This document shows, piece after piece, positions 37,950-46,416 of a stretch of DNA of 52,584 nt. The stretch is from the NCBI GenBank assembly GCA_046726415.1, contig JBKPAK010000127.1, positions 1 through 52,584 on the forward strand, given 5' to 3'. Numbering within the stretch: position 1 is the stretch's first letter; the number at the start of each line of letters is the position of its first letter. The stretch comes from Candidatus Methylomirabilota bacterium (lineage in GTDB: Bacteria; Methylomirabilota; Methylomirabilia; Rokubacteriales; CSP1-6). The notes beneath the pieces were generated by a model. The model saw only the letters and a list, made by a program, of their open reading frames with translations. It made no database searches and was not told the origin of the DNA. A program made the translations under genes and the position numbers.

Positions 37950-38708
37950 GTGAGTCGCGGGGTGTTCCGACGGGTGGTCCTCCCCACCGCCGCCTTTGTT
38001 CTCATCCTCGTGGTATGGGAGGGGGCTGTCGCTCTTCTCCGCATCCAGCAAATCGTGCTTCCGCGGCCGAGCGCCATCGCCGTCACCATGGTGCAGATGG
38101 CCAAGCCCATCGCCTTCCACGCGAGCCAGACGCTCTTCACCACGCTCGTGGGCTTCGGCGTGGCCGTGGTCCTCGGGCTCCTGCTCGGCTTCGCCATCGG
38201 CGCCTCCCTGATCGTGCACGACGCGCTCTATCCGCTGCTGGTGGGGTTCAACAGCATCCCCAAGGCCGCCGTGGTCCCCCTGCTCGTGATGTGGTTCGGG
38301 GTGGGCACGGTCCCCGCCGTCATCACCGCCTTCCTGCTGGCGTTCTTCCCGGTGGCGGTCAACGTGGCCCTGGGACTGGCCACACTGGAGGCGGAGCTGC
38401 GCGACGTGCTCCGGGCGCTGGGCGCCTCGCCGTGGCAGATCTTCGTGAAGGTGGGCGCTCCCCGCACCATGCCGATGTTCTTCGCATCGCTGAAAGTGGC
38501 CATTTCCTCGGCCTTCGTGGGATCGGTCATTTCGGAGACGGTGGCCGCCAACGCGGGGATTGGCTATCTCATGGCGGTGGCCGCTTCCGACTTCAACACG
38601 CGGCTGGCCTTCTGTGGTCTCTTCGTGCTGGCCGCCATGGGCGTGCTGCTGTATGGATTGTTCGCCGCGGTGGAGCGCCGGGTGACCGGCTGGGCGTACA
38701 CCGAGTAG
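37950..38708 (+). CDS. ABC permease (TauC/SsuC-like)
   Basis: LPRPS; SIPKAA; AFFP; ALGASPWQIF; GIGY; about six TM helices. Confidence 0.9.
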   Translation: MSRGVFRRVVLPTAAFVLILVVWEGAVALLRIQQIVLPRPSAIAVTMVQMAKPIAFHASQTLFTTLVGFGVAVVLGLLLGFAIGASLIVHDALYPLLVGFNSIPKAAVVPLLVMWFGVGTVPAVITAFLLAFFPVAVNVALGLATLEAELRDVLRALGASPWQIFVKVGAPRTMPMFFASLKVAISSAFVGSVISETVAANAGIGYLMAVAASDFNTRLAFCGLFVLAAMGVLLYGLFAAVERRVTGWAYTE

Positions 38709-38725
38709 CGGACGGGAGGTCCTTC

Positions 38726-39916
38726 GTGGAGGCGACCCTTCTCGACTGGCTCAACCTCGCCCTGCGCTGGTTTCACGTGGTGGTGGCCATCGGGTGGATC
38801 GGCGCATCGTTCTACTTCATGTGGGTCGACAGCAACATTACCCCACCGGAGAAGCCGCGTGAGGGCGTCGCGGGGGAGCTGTGGATGGTGCACAGCGGCC
38901 ACTTCTACCAGGTCGAGATGCGCCACCTCCGCCCTGGCGAGATGCCCAAGGTACTGCACTGGTTCAAGTGGGAAGCGGCCCTGACGTGGATCAGTGGCAT
39001 CGCGCTCCTCACCGTCGCGTACTACCTGACCGGCGGCGTGTACCTCGTGGACCCCAGCGTCTCGCGCATCTCCACGGGCGGCGCGGTCGCTCTGTGCGTG
39101 GGGCTGCTCATTCTGTCCTGGGTGGTCTACGATCTGCTCTGGGTCTCGCCCCTGGGCCGCGACCACGCCCGAGCCGCCACAGCCATCTCGTACGCGCTCC
39201 TCCTCGGAGTGGTGATCGCGCTGTGCCGGACGCTCAGCGGGCGGGCGGCCTTCATCCACGTGGGCGCGATGCTGGGGACGATCATGGTGGCCAACGTGTG
39301 GATGCGCATCCTCCCCGCGCAGCGGGAGCTGATCGCCGCCACCGCGCAGGGCCGCACCGCGGACTGGACTCTGTCCGACCGCGCCAAGCGACGTTCAGTT
39401 CACAACAGCTACGTCACCCTGCCGGTCATCTTCATGATGGTCAGCAACCACTACCCGAGCACGTATAGCAACCGGCTGAACTGGTTGATTCTCGCGCTCT
39501 TTATCGTGGTGGGCGTGGGCCTTCGACACCTCATGATCACCCACGAGAAGCACCGACCCGCCGCCTGGGTGCTCGCTCCGGTGGCGGTGTCCGTTGCTGT
39601 TCTGGTCTACCTCACCCTTCCCACCGCTCCGGCCGCCGGCGTCGGAGCGCGCGTTCCGTTCCCGGTAGCCCGACGCATCGTGGAAACCCGGTGCGTCTCC
39701 TGCCACTCAACCACTCCCACCGACGACATCTTTCGCGCGGCGCCCAACGGCGTCGCCTTCGATACGCCCGAGAGCATCCGGCTCCGCGCGGAGACCATCA
39801 AGCAGCGCACGGTCCTGCTGAAGAACATGCCGCTGGCGAACAAGACGGGCATGAGCGAGATCGAGCGCGAGACGCTGGGACGCTGGATCGACCAGGGAGC
39901 TCGGCTTGACCAGTGA
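38726..39916 (+). CDS. puuD: Membrane urate hydroxylase PuuD (DUF989 plus C-terminal cytochrome c)
   Basis: WLNLALRWFHV..IGWIGASFYF; LWMVHSG; LHWFKWEA; GRAAFIHVGAMLGTIMVANV; RSVHNSY.TLPV; SNHYP; CVSCH; MP. GGGAGG SD before the GTG. Confidence 0.9.
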   Translation: MEATLLDWLNLALRWFHVVVAIGWIGASFYFMWVDSNITPPEKPREGVAGELWMVHSGHFYQVEMRHLRPGEMPKVLHWFKWEAALTWISGIALLTVAYYLTGGVYLVDPSVSRISTGGAVALCVGLLILSWVVYDLLWVSPLGRDHARAATAISYALLLGVVIALCRTLSGRAAFIHVGAMLGTIMVANVWMRILPAQRELIAATAQGRTADWTLSDRAKRRSVHNSYVTLPVIFMMVSNHYPSTYSNRLNWLILALFIVVGVGLRHLMITHEKHRPAAWVLAPVAVSVAVLVYLTLPTAPAAGVGARVPFPVARRIVETRCVSCHSTTPTDDIFRAAPNGVAFDTPESIRLRAETIKQRTVLLKNMPLANKTGMSEIERETLGRWIDQGARLDQ

Positions 39917-41381
39917 CCCGGCCCTGCTCCTGACGAGCCCCATGCGCGTCGTGAATATCGGCCTCGCCCTGTTCGCGGAGGAGCTGCAGCGGCTGAACGT
40001 TCCCGTCGTGCACGTCGCCTGGCAACCGCCGGCCGCGGAGCCGGCCACCCTGGCGGCGCTCGAGCGGTTGCAGGCGCGGCATGCGGCCATCGAGACCGCG
40101 AATGCCCGGGCGTTCGATCGTCTGGTCAACGGCGAGCCCTATCTCGTGGACTGTCGCCCCGCCCGCGAGGCGCTCGAGCTACCCGAACACATCGTCTTGC
40201 ACGCGGGGCCTCCCTTGGACTGGAACAGGGCCTGCGAGCCGATGCGGGCCGCCGTGCTGTGCGCCATCCGGTACGAGGGATGGGCCGCCAATGACGATGC
40301 GGCCCGCGATCTCGTGCAGCGCGGAACGGTGCGCCTCGCCCCCGCTCATCACTGGCGCTCGGTCGGGCCGATGACGGGCATGATCACGCCCTCCATGCCC
40401 GTGTTCGTCGTGGAGAACCGCGCGTACGGCAATCGCGCGCACGCCACCATCAACGAGGGGCTGGGCAAGGTGCTGCGCTTCGGCGCCAACGACGACGCGG
40501 TTCTGGCGCGACTGCGCTGGCTGGCGATCGAGGCCGGTCCCCTGCTGGGCGCGGCCCTCCGAGTCTCCCGCGGCATCGACCTGCGCGCGCTCATGGCCCA
40601 GGCACTCCGGATGGGCGACGAGATGCATCAGCGCAACGTGGCGGCCTCGTCATTGCTGGTGCGGGCGCTCATGCCATCCGTCGCCCGCGTCGGCGAAAAG
40701 CATGGCGCCGTGGCGCGGCTGGCCGAGTTCCTGGCCGGCAACGATCAATTCTTCCTCAACGTGGCCATGGCCGCGGGCAAGGCATTGGCCGATCCCGCTG
40801 GTGGTGTCGCCGATTCCACGCTGGTCACGGCCATGGCGCGCAATGGGACCGACTTTGGCATCCGCGTGTCCGGTCTGGGCGACCGCTGGATCATGGCGCC
40901 AGTGACGATGCCCATCGGGATGTACTTCCCCGGGTACAGCGCCGCCGACGCCAACCCCGACATGGGCGACAGCGCCATCGTCGAGACGATCGGACTTGGC
41001 GGCGGGGCCATGGCCGCCTCTTCTGCGGTTGCGCGTTTCGTGGGGGCCGGGGGGATGAGCGAAGCCCTGGCGGCCACGGCGGAGATCGGCGAGATCTGTC
41101 TTGACGGGCATCCGCACTTCAAGATCGCCACCCTCGACGAGCGCGGGGCTCCCGTGGGAATTGACGTGCGCCGCGTGGTCGAGACGGGCATCACGCCGCT
41201 GATCAACACCGGCATCGCTGGGCGCCGCGCAGGGATCGGCCAGATCGGCGCGGGGGTGGTGCGGGCGCCCTTGGCCTGCTTCGCCGAGGCTGTTCACGCG
41301 CTCGCAGGGATGGAGAACCCGTCAGGATGCTCCAGGGACGTGCCCGCGAGAGCAGCGAACGCTGACCCGGCTGCCTCGTAA
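39906..41381 (+). CDS. ylbE: YlbE/DUF1116 (AllG) protein with an N-terminal FdrA-tail module
   Basis: LHAGPP; VGPMTG; NEGLGKVLRFGA; MGDEMHQRN; NDQFFLN; ARNG; DMGDSAI; GITPLINTGIA. Confidence 0.88.
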   Translation: MTSDPALLLTSPMRVVNIGLALFAEELQRLNVPVVHVAWQPPAAEPATLAALERLQARHAAIETANARAFDRLVNGEPYLVDCRPAREALELPEHIVLHAGPPLDWNRACEPMRAAVLCAIRYEGWAANDDAARDLVQRGTVRLAPAHHWRSVGPMTGMITPSMPVFVVENRAYGNRAHATINEGLGKVLRFGANDDAVLARLRWLAIEAGPLLGAALRVSRGIDLRALMAQALRMGDEMHQRNVAASSLLVRALMPSVARVGEKHGAVARLAEFLAGNDQFFLNVAMAAGKALADPAGGVADSTLVTAMARNGTDFGIRVSGLGDRWIMAPVTMPIGMYFPGYSAADANPDMGDSAIVETIGLGGGAMAASSAVARFVGAGGMSEALAATAEIGEICLDGHPHFKIATLDERGAPVGIDVRRVVETGITPLINTGIAGRRAGIGQIGAGVVRAPLACFAEAVHALAGMENPSGCSRDVPARAANADPAAS

Positions 41382-41438
41382 GGCGGCAGTGACCCGGAGG
41401 CCTATTTCCGAAGTGTCAAGATCCCCGAGCCCAATCGC

Positions 41439-41455
41439 CTGGCACGTTTGCTGCT
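41439..41455 (+). promoter_or_regulatory. sigma54 promoter
   Basis: CTGGCACGTTTGCTGCT: TGGCACG at -24 with GG-N10-GC spacing. Confidence 0.65.
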
Positions 41456-41505
41456 GCCACTCCAGCAGGCACGTGCTCACTGGCGCGCCGCCTGATGGAG
41501 GCTGT

Positions 41506-41688
41506 ATGGACAGCTTGTGGAGCGACATCGACGACGACGTCTTGGGCGTACTCGAGACGGAGGGGGCGATGGATCCGGCGGACCTCGGCCGGAAGCTTGG
41601 GGTCTCCGCCGACGCCGCGTCCTCGTGGGTGTGCAACCTCGTGATGCAGGGGAAGGTGCGCATCAAGCTGGTCGAGCTGGTGCCCTGA
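41506..41688 (+). CDS. Small (60 aa) winged-helix-like protein
   Basis: GGAGG SD; MDSLWSDIDDDVLGVLETEGAMDPADLGRKLGVSADAASSWVCNLVMQGKVRI resembles an HTH plus wing. Confidence 0.65.
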   Translation: MDSLWSDIDDDVLGVLETEGAMDPADLGRKLGVSADAASSWVCNLVMQGKVRIKLVELVP

Positions 41689-41807
41689 CACCGCTTCGGG
41701 TCGATCGAATCAGTTCCCTTGGTCCAGATCAGGCGCCGTGTTGGTATCGTGACGCTCGCGTCCGGCCAACGACACCCCCGAAGCGCTCACCGTATACCGG
41801 CGGCGTC

Positions 41808-42235
41808 ATGGCGGACGAGATCGAGATCTGGTTTGAGCGTGGCCTTACCGATGGGCTGCCGGTGGCGCCGCCGACGCGCGAACGCGTGGAGCGCATGCTG
41901 ACCGCCACTTCGCGCGCCGAGCTGGTCGCCCGCGTACCGCCGAACTACGGGCGGAGGCCGTGGAGAAAATCGCGGTCAATGTAGTCTGGCCGGATGCCGA
42001 GCGGCCGGTACGCGACCTCGTCCCCGCCCCCGGACGGTGCCGGCTGAAGGACCTCGTGGAAGGACACCGGGAAGACGAACTGGTGACGAACTTCCCGTCC
42101 ATCGACGACGACATCTTAGTGATGGTGGCCGGCGGCACCGCCGGCCGGTTCTCGGCGGTGATCCCGGGCTGGATGGGGGGGGAGATGGGTTCGCGGCCAG
42201 TCACGCGCGCGATCGCGAACGGGCGAGAGGCCTAG
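41808..42235 (+). pseudogene. Frameshifted, internally deleted remnant of a TDGLP-motif (UGSC-associated) protein
   Basis: Frame 1: GLTDGLPVAPPTRERVERML...VPPNYG. Shifts near 41955 to VEKIAVNV, then jumps to a C-terminal ILVMVAGG.AGRFSAVIPGW..SRPVT. Confidence 0.6.
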
Positions 42236-42247
42236 CTCGCGCCCCGC

Positions 42248-42301
42248 GATTGCGACGGAGTGTGTCGCCCGGCGGGGCGTCACGCACCTCCGTCGGCGAT
42301 C
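42248..42301. terminator. Long GC hairpin between convergent genes
   Basis: CGACGGAG/CTCCGTCG stem with inner CGCCC/GGGCG pairing and an outer GATTGC/GCGATC extension; no U-tract. Confidence 0.45.
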
Positions 42302-42306
42302 AAGTC

Positions 42307-42672
42307 TCAGTTCTTCGGGGCCTCGCTGGTAGGCTCCTTCAGTGCGAGCCCGGTCAGGACCTTTTTGCCATTCTCTTCTCGATAGCTCGCGATCACGATC
42401 GCGCCCTCCACGAGCGCTCCCGGCCTGACGGCGGTGCGGGGCGGCGTCGTGAGTGTCGTGCCGTCCGTGAGTGTGATCTCTGTCCCGGAGGGGTTGATGC
42501 TCTTGACCTGGCCCTCGACCTCCTTCTCCTCTCCCGGCGTCGGCGTTTCTTGGCCTGCACCCGGCGACCTCTGCTCGGCTGGGGGAGTAGCCTGCGTCTG
42601 AGCCCTTGCTTCGGTGACAAAGGTCAACGACGCGGCCACCAGGATCGCTGCGAGCATCGTGAACGCTCCCAT
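42307..42672 (-). CDS. Small exported OB-fold-like protein (DUF5666/DUF1344-like)
   Basis: Signal peptide ending ARA; VEGQVKSIN..ITLTDGT..L.EGA.V..SY.EENGK; GGAGG SD before ATG 42672. Confidence 0.65.
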   Translation of the reverse strand: MGAFTMLAAILVAASLTFVTEARAQTQATPPAEQRSPGAGQETPTPGEEKEVEGQVKSINPSGTEITLTDGTTLTTPPRTAVRPGALVEGAIVIASYREENGKKVLTGLALKEPTSEAPKN

Positions 42673-42728
42673 GCTTTGAACCTCCATTGCTGGTTGGGCG
42701 AAATGGCGACTCGCCGCCCCAGAGAGCC

Positions 42729-42745
42729 AGCAAGCGACCTGCCAG
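42729..42745 (-). promoter_or_regulatory. sigma54 promoter
   Basis: Minus strand CTGGCAGGTCGCTTGCT: TGGCA at -24 and TTGCT at -12, N10 spacing. Confidence 0.65.
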
Positions 42746-42808
42746 CGAGGACCGCTGCATAGGGGGCAGGTCGCTCTTCTGAAACTCCCTCCGTCCTCGG
42801 ACGTGCCG

Positions 42809-43330
42809 CTACCGGGCGAAGGCGTCGCGGGCGAGCGGAAGCCGCACGTCGGTCCCGTTGAACAGCACGGTCATCACGACCTCGACCGAATGATTGACGG
42901 CGAGACCCTGGCAACCGATGGCCGCGCGGGTTGGCTTGCCGCGCTCGCCGAACAATTCGACGAGAAGATCGGTCGCGCCGTTGATCACGCGAGGCTGGTC
43001 GCTGAAGCCAGGCGCCGAGTTCACATAGCCGATAAGCTGGACGATCTGCTGTACGCGGCCGAGATCGCCGAGCGCGTACTTCACCACCGCTAGGCTGGTG
43101 AGAGTCGCGAAGCGAGCCGCTTCGTACCCCTGCTCCGGGCTCAGATCCTTCCCGAGAACCCCGGTCAGGTAAGGATGGCCATCCTTCACGGGGGTCGTCC
43201 CTGACATGTAGAGAACGTTTTGAACGGGGAAGTGCGAAATGTAGCGGGCGCCCGAGACGTTGGTGCGATACAGCGCCTCGAGTTCTGGCAAGGTCAGTCC
43301 GAGCGTCGCGAGTTTTTCCTCGGCGATCAT
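42809..43330 (-). CDS. RidA/YjgF family protein (Atu1372-like subgroup)
   Basis: LYMSG; G.LG; GYVNSAPGFSDQPRVINGATDLLVELFGE.G..TRAAIG; VEV. Confidence 0.88.
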   Translation of the reverse strand: MIAEEKLATLGLTLPELEALYRTNVSGARYISHFPVQNVLYMSGTTPVKDGHPYLTGVLGKDLSPEQGYEAARFATLTSLAVVKYALGDLGRVQQIVQLIGYVNSAPGFSDQPRVINGATDLLVELFGERGKPTRAAIGCQGLAVNHSVEVVMTVLFNGTDVRLPLARDAFAR

Positions 43331-43417
43331 GGCGCCTCCTCCGAGCCGGGTTGGTCGGGGGCTGGTGTATCATGCGCGCCGCGACGGCGACAAGCCCTTC
43401 CAACGGCGGAGGACGAG

Positions 43418-44254
43418 GTGAAGACGGACATCCTGCTCATCCCGATGAGCGCAAGCTGGTCTGACATGCGCGCGGCCGCAGTGGCCACAGAGGAGGCGGG
43501 CTTCGACGGCCTGTGGACCTGGGATCATCTGCGAGATCCCGAGGCGACCTCTGATGTGGGTGTTCCCGAGGCGCTTACCGTCCTGACTGCGCTCGCCGAA
43601 GTCACGCGGCGGATCGCGCTCGGTCCGCTCGTGCTGAACGTCGCCAACCGGCATCCCGGACTGCTCGCCAACATGGCGGCCACCCTGCAACAGGTGTCGG
43701 AGGGCCGGTTGCTGCTGGGGCTGGGTGCCGGCGGCAACCGACGGCTGCCGTACGCCGCGGAACAGGAGATGCTCGGCCTGGTCGTCGAGTCCGATGCCTC
43801 GCGCGCCCAGCGCGTGGCCGAAGCCGCTCAGATCCTGCGCCGCCTATGGGCTGGAGATGGCTCGAGCTTCACGGGAACCCACTATCGATTGCAACGGCCG
43901 TCCGGTTATCTCCGGGCCGATCCGCCACCGCCGATCATCGTGGGAGGCTTCGGGCCCCGCATGGCCGCCATCGCCGGTCGCCACGCCGACGGCTTCAACA
44001 CGCAGGCGCGCCATCCACGGCTCGCCGAGCTGCTGCGCGTCGCTCGCGCCGAGCACGCGGCCAGCGGACGCGATCCCGCGCGATTCGTGGCCACCGTCTT
44101 CGCCGGCCTCGACGAGCATTCACTGAAGCCGGAATCATCCGAGCGCACGGCACTCACGCGTCTCGGTATCGACCGGCTCATCCTGCTCGTCTCACCGCCC
44201 TTCGCCGCCGACCGGATTCGCACCGCCGGCCACATCCTCTCGGGCCGAGGCTGA
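43418..44254 (+). CDS. LLM-class flavin/F420-dependent oxidoreductase
   Basis: AGFDGLWTWDH; RHPGLLANMAATL..SEGRLLLGLGAG; PPIIVGG; ADG. GGAGG SD. Confidence 0.87.
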   Translation: MKTDILLIPMSASWSDMRAAAVATEEAGFDGLWTWDHLRDPEATSDVGVPEALTVLTALAEVTRRIALGPLVLNVANRHPGLLANMAATLQQVSEGRLLLGLGAGGNRRLPYAAEQEMLGLVVESDASRAQRVAEAAQILRRLWAGDGSSFTGTHYRLQRPSGYLRADPPPPIIVGGFGPRMAAIAGRHADGFNTQARHPRLAELLRVARAEHAASGRDPARFVATVFAGLDEHSLKPESSERTALTRLGIDRLILLVSPPFAADRIRTAGHILSGRG

Positions 44255-44302
44255 AGGCCGCGAGCCCGCCGCGCATGTGCATGTCGGGGCCGGCCCCGCC
44301 GG

Positions 44303-44719
44303 TCACGCGAAGTCGAGGACCGCAGCCGCCGACCGCGCGAAAGCCGAGGGCTTCGTCGGCGCGCTGCGCCGGCAGGTTGTTCTCGCCGGTGAAGAGCACC
44401 GAGCGCGTCGGGCCCGGCGCCCACGCCTCGAGCAGCAAGCCCGCCACCACGGTGCGCGCGAATCCCTGGCCCCGCCACGCCGGCGGAGTCCACACCACGG
44501 ATCTGGACGATGTGGGGCAGGACGGCGTTGAACGCGGAAGAGGCGACCAGCGTGTCGTCCCTCCTGAAAGGCGGCGGCGTAGGTCGCCTGGTCCGCCTGG
44601 CCGCGATCGACCAATCCCGCGAACCGCGCGCTCGAGCTCAGGACGCGGTCGGCGTGGCGGATCAGAAACGCTTCGAGTGCGTTCTCGTCGCCGGTGATGA
44701 GGATCCCCAGCGCGCTCAT
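44303..44719 (-). pseudogene. Degraded GNAT acetyltransferase
   Basis: Pieces in different frames: LEAFL..H..; FNAVLPHIVQIRGV; WTPPAWRGQGFARTVV..SVLFTGENNLPAQRA.EALGF. Confidence 0.7.
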
Positions 44720-44754
44720 GCCCTCCCAGACCACATGGTATAGTCGAAAACGCC

Positions 44755-45801
44755 TTGAGCTTCCCCGCCACCTATCTCGTCACCGGCGGCGCCGGCTTCC
44801 TCGGAATCAACCTGGTGCGGTATCTGCTGGCGCGCGATCACGCGGTGACGTCGCTCGACCTCAGCGACTTCGACTATCCGGAGCGCGGTCGCGTCCACAT
44901 CGTCATGGGCAACATCTGCGACCGGTTCACCGTCGAGCGCGCGCTCGAGGGGGTGGACATCGTGGTGCACTGCGCGGCAGCATTGCCGCTCTATCCCTCG
45001 GCGGAGATCTACGCAACGGACATCGACGGTACCCGCACGGTCATCGAGGCGGCGCACGCGCAGGGGGTGTCGCGGTTCATCCACGTCTCATCGACCGCGG
45101 TGTACGGCATCCCCGATCACCATCCCCTCGTCGAAACGGATCCCCTCCGCGGGGTGGGACCCTACGGGCAGGCCAAGGTGCTGGCGGAAGGCGTTTGCCT
45201 CGAGTACCGAAAGAAGGGCATGTGCGTGCCCATCATTCGACCCAAGTCGTTCATCGGACCGGAGCGACTCGGGGTGTTCGCGCTCCTCTACGACTGGGCC
45301 AGTGGCGGACACGGCTTCCCGATGATCGGCCGCGGCGACAACCGGTATCAGTTTCTCGACGTCGAGGATCTCTGCGACGCCATCTACCTCACCGCCACCG
45401 CCGATCCCGCGCGCGCCAGCGACACGTTCAACATCGGCGCCAAGGTCTTCACCACGATGAAGGAAGACTACCAGGCTGTCCTCGATTACGCCGGCTTCGG
45501 CAAACGGGTTCGCGGCTTCCCCGCCGCGCCTATGATCTGGACCTTGCGCGCGCTCGAGACGCTCAAGCTGTCACCGCTCTACCGCTGGATTTACGAGACC
45601 GCGGCCACTGACTCGTTCGTCTCCATCGAGAAGGCCGAGCGCGTGCTGGACTTCGCGCCAAAGTACTCCAACCAGGACGCCCTCATCCGCAACTATCAGT
45701 GGTATCTCGACAACCGGGACCGCTTCGCCAGCCGGTCCGGCGTCACCCATCGCCTCCCGTGGCGGCAGGGCGTCCTGGCGGTGGCCAAGCGATTCTTCTG
45801 A
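44755..45801 (+). CDS. NAD-dependent epimerase/dehydratase (3beta-HSD-like extended SDR)
   Basis: TGGAGFLG; HCAA; SSTAVYG; YGQAK. Extended -10 TG-g-TATAGT at 44736-44744. Confidence 0.88.
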   Translation: MSFPATYLVTGGAGFLGINLVRYLLARDHAVTSLDLSDFDYPERGRVHIVMGNICDRFTVERALEGVDIVVHCAAALPLYPSAEIYATDIDGTRTVIEAAHAQGVSRFIHVSSTAVYGIPDHHPLVETDPLRGVGPYGQAKVLAEGVCLEYRKKGMCVPIIRPKSFIGPERLGVFALLYDWASGGHGFPMIGRGDNRYQFLDVEDLCDAIYLTATADPARASDTFNIGAKVFTTMKEDYQAVLDYAGFGKRVRGFPAAPMIWTLRALETLKLSPLYRWIYETAATDSFVSIEKAERVLDFAPKYSNQDALIRNYQWYLDNRDRFASRSGVTHRLPWRQGVLAVAKRFF

Positions 45802-45825
45802 CGCCCGTGCCCTGAGGTTCTCGCG

Positions 45826-46416
45826 CTGAGGCCGGCCAAGCCGCACATCGGCGTCATCGGAGAGGGCCGGTGCTCGAAGCGGGCGGCCCGTGACGCCGAA
45901 CAGGTTGGGGCCACCCTCGCGCGAGCCGGGGCCGTCGTTCTCACTGGAGGACGCGGTGGCGTGATGGAAGCCGCGTCCCGAGGAGCGGCCCGGGCAGGCG
46001 GCCTCGTGGTGGGCATCCTGCCGGGCTTTGCCCGCGAGGATGCCAACCGCTGGGTGACCGTGCCGATCGTCACCGGCATGGACCAAGCGCGCAACGCGAT
46101 TCTCGTGCGCTCCTGCGACGCCGTCATCGCGGTGGGTGGCATGTACGGGACCCTCTCCGAGATCGGCATCGCGTTGAAGCTCGGCGTTCCCGTGGTCGGC
46201 CTGCACACGTGGCGACTCGCGCAGCCGGAAGGTCGCCGGGTGGCGGTCATGATCGCCACCACTCCCGGTGACGCCGCGGCGAAGGCCCTTCGCGCCGCGG
46301 CCCGTGGCCGCCCCCCCCACGCGCCGGTGGCTCGCGTGACATTTGGGCGCGTCGGAGTTCCTGCCGCCTATACTGCGGGAGCGGCACCGATCCGTGCCGG
46401 CAGGAGGACAGGGTGA
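45826..46416 (+). CDS. TIGR00725 family (LOG/DprA-like Rossmann) protein; non-canonical start
   Basis: HIGVIG..TGGRGGVMEAASRGA; GILPG; TGMDQARN; GGMYGTLSEI. The conserved N-terminus lies upstream of the first ATG/GTG/TTG. Confidence 0.8.
   Translation: MRPAKPHIGVIGEGRCSKRAARDAEQVGATLARAGAVVLTGGRGGVMEAASRGAARAGGLVVGILPGFAREDANRWVTVPIVTGMDQARNAILVRSCDAVIAVGGMYGTLSEIGIALKLGVPVVGLHTWRLAQPEGRRVAVMIATTPGDAAAKALRAAARGRPPHAPVARVTFGRVGVPAAYTAGAAPIRAGRRTG

Noticed and set aside
37691-38725. Long N-terminal extension of PuuD (741-aa ORF)
   Set aside because: Out-of-frame overlap with the ABC genes; the real start is GTG 38726 with an SD.
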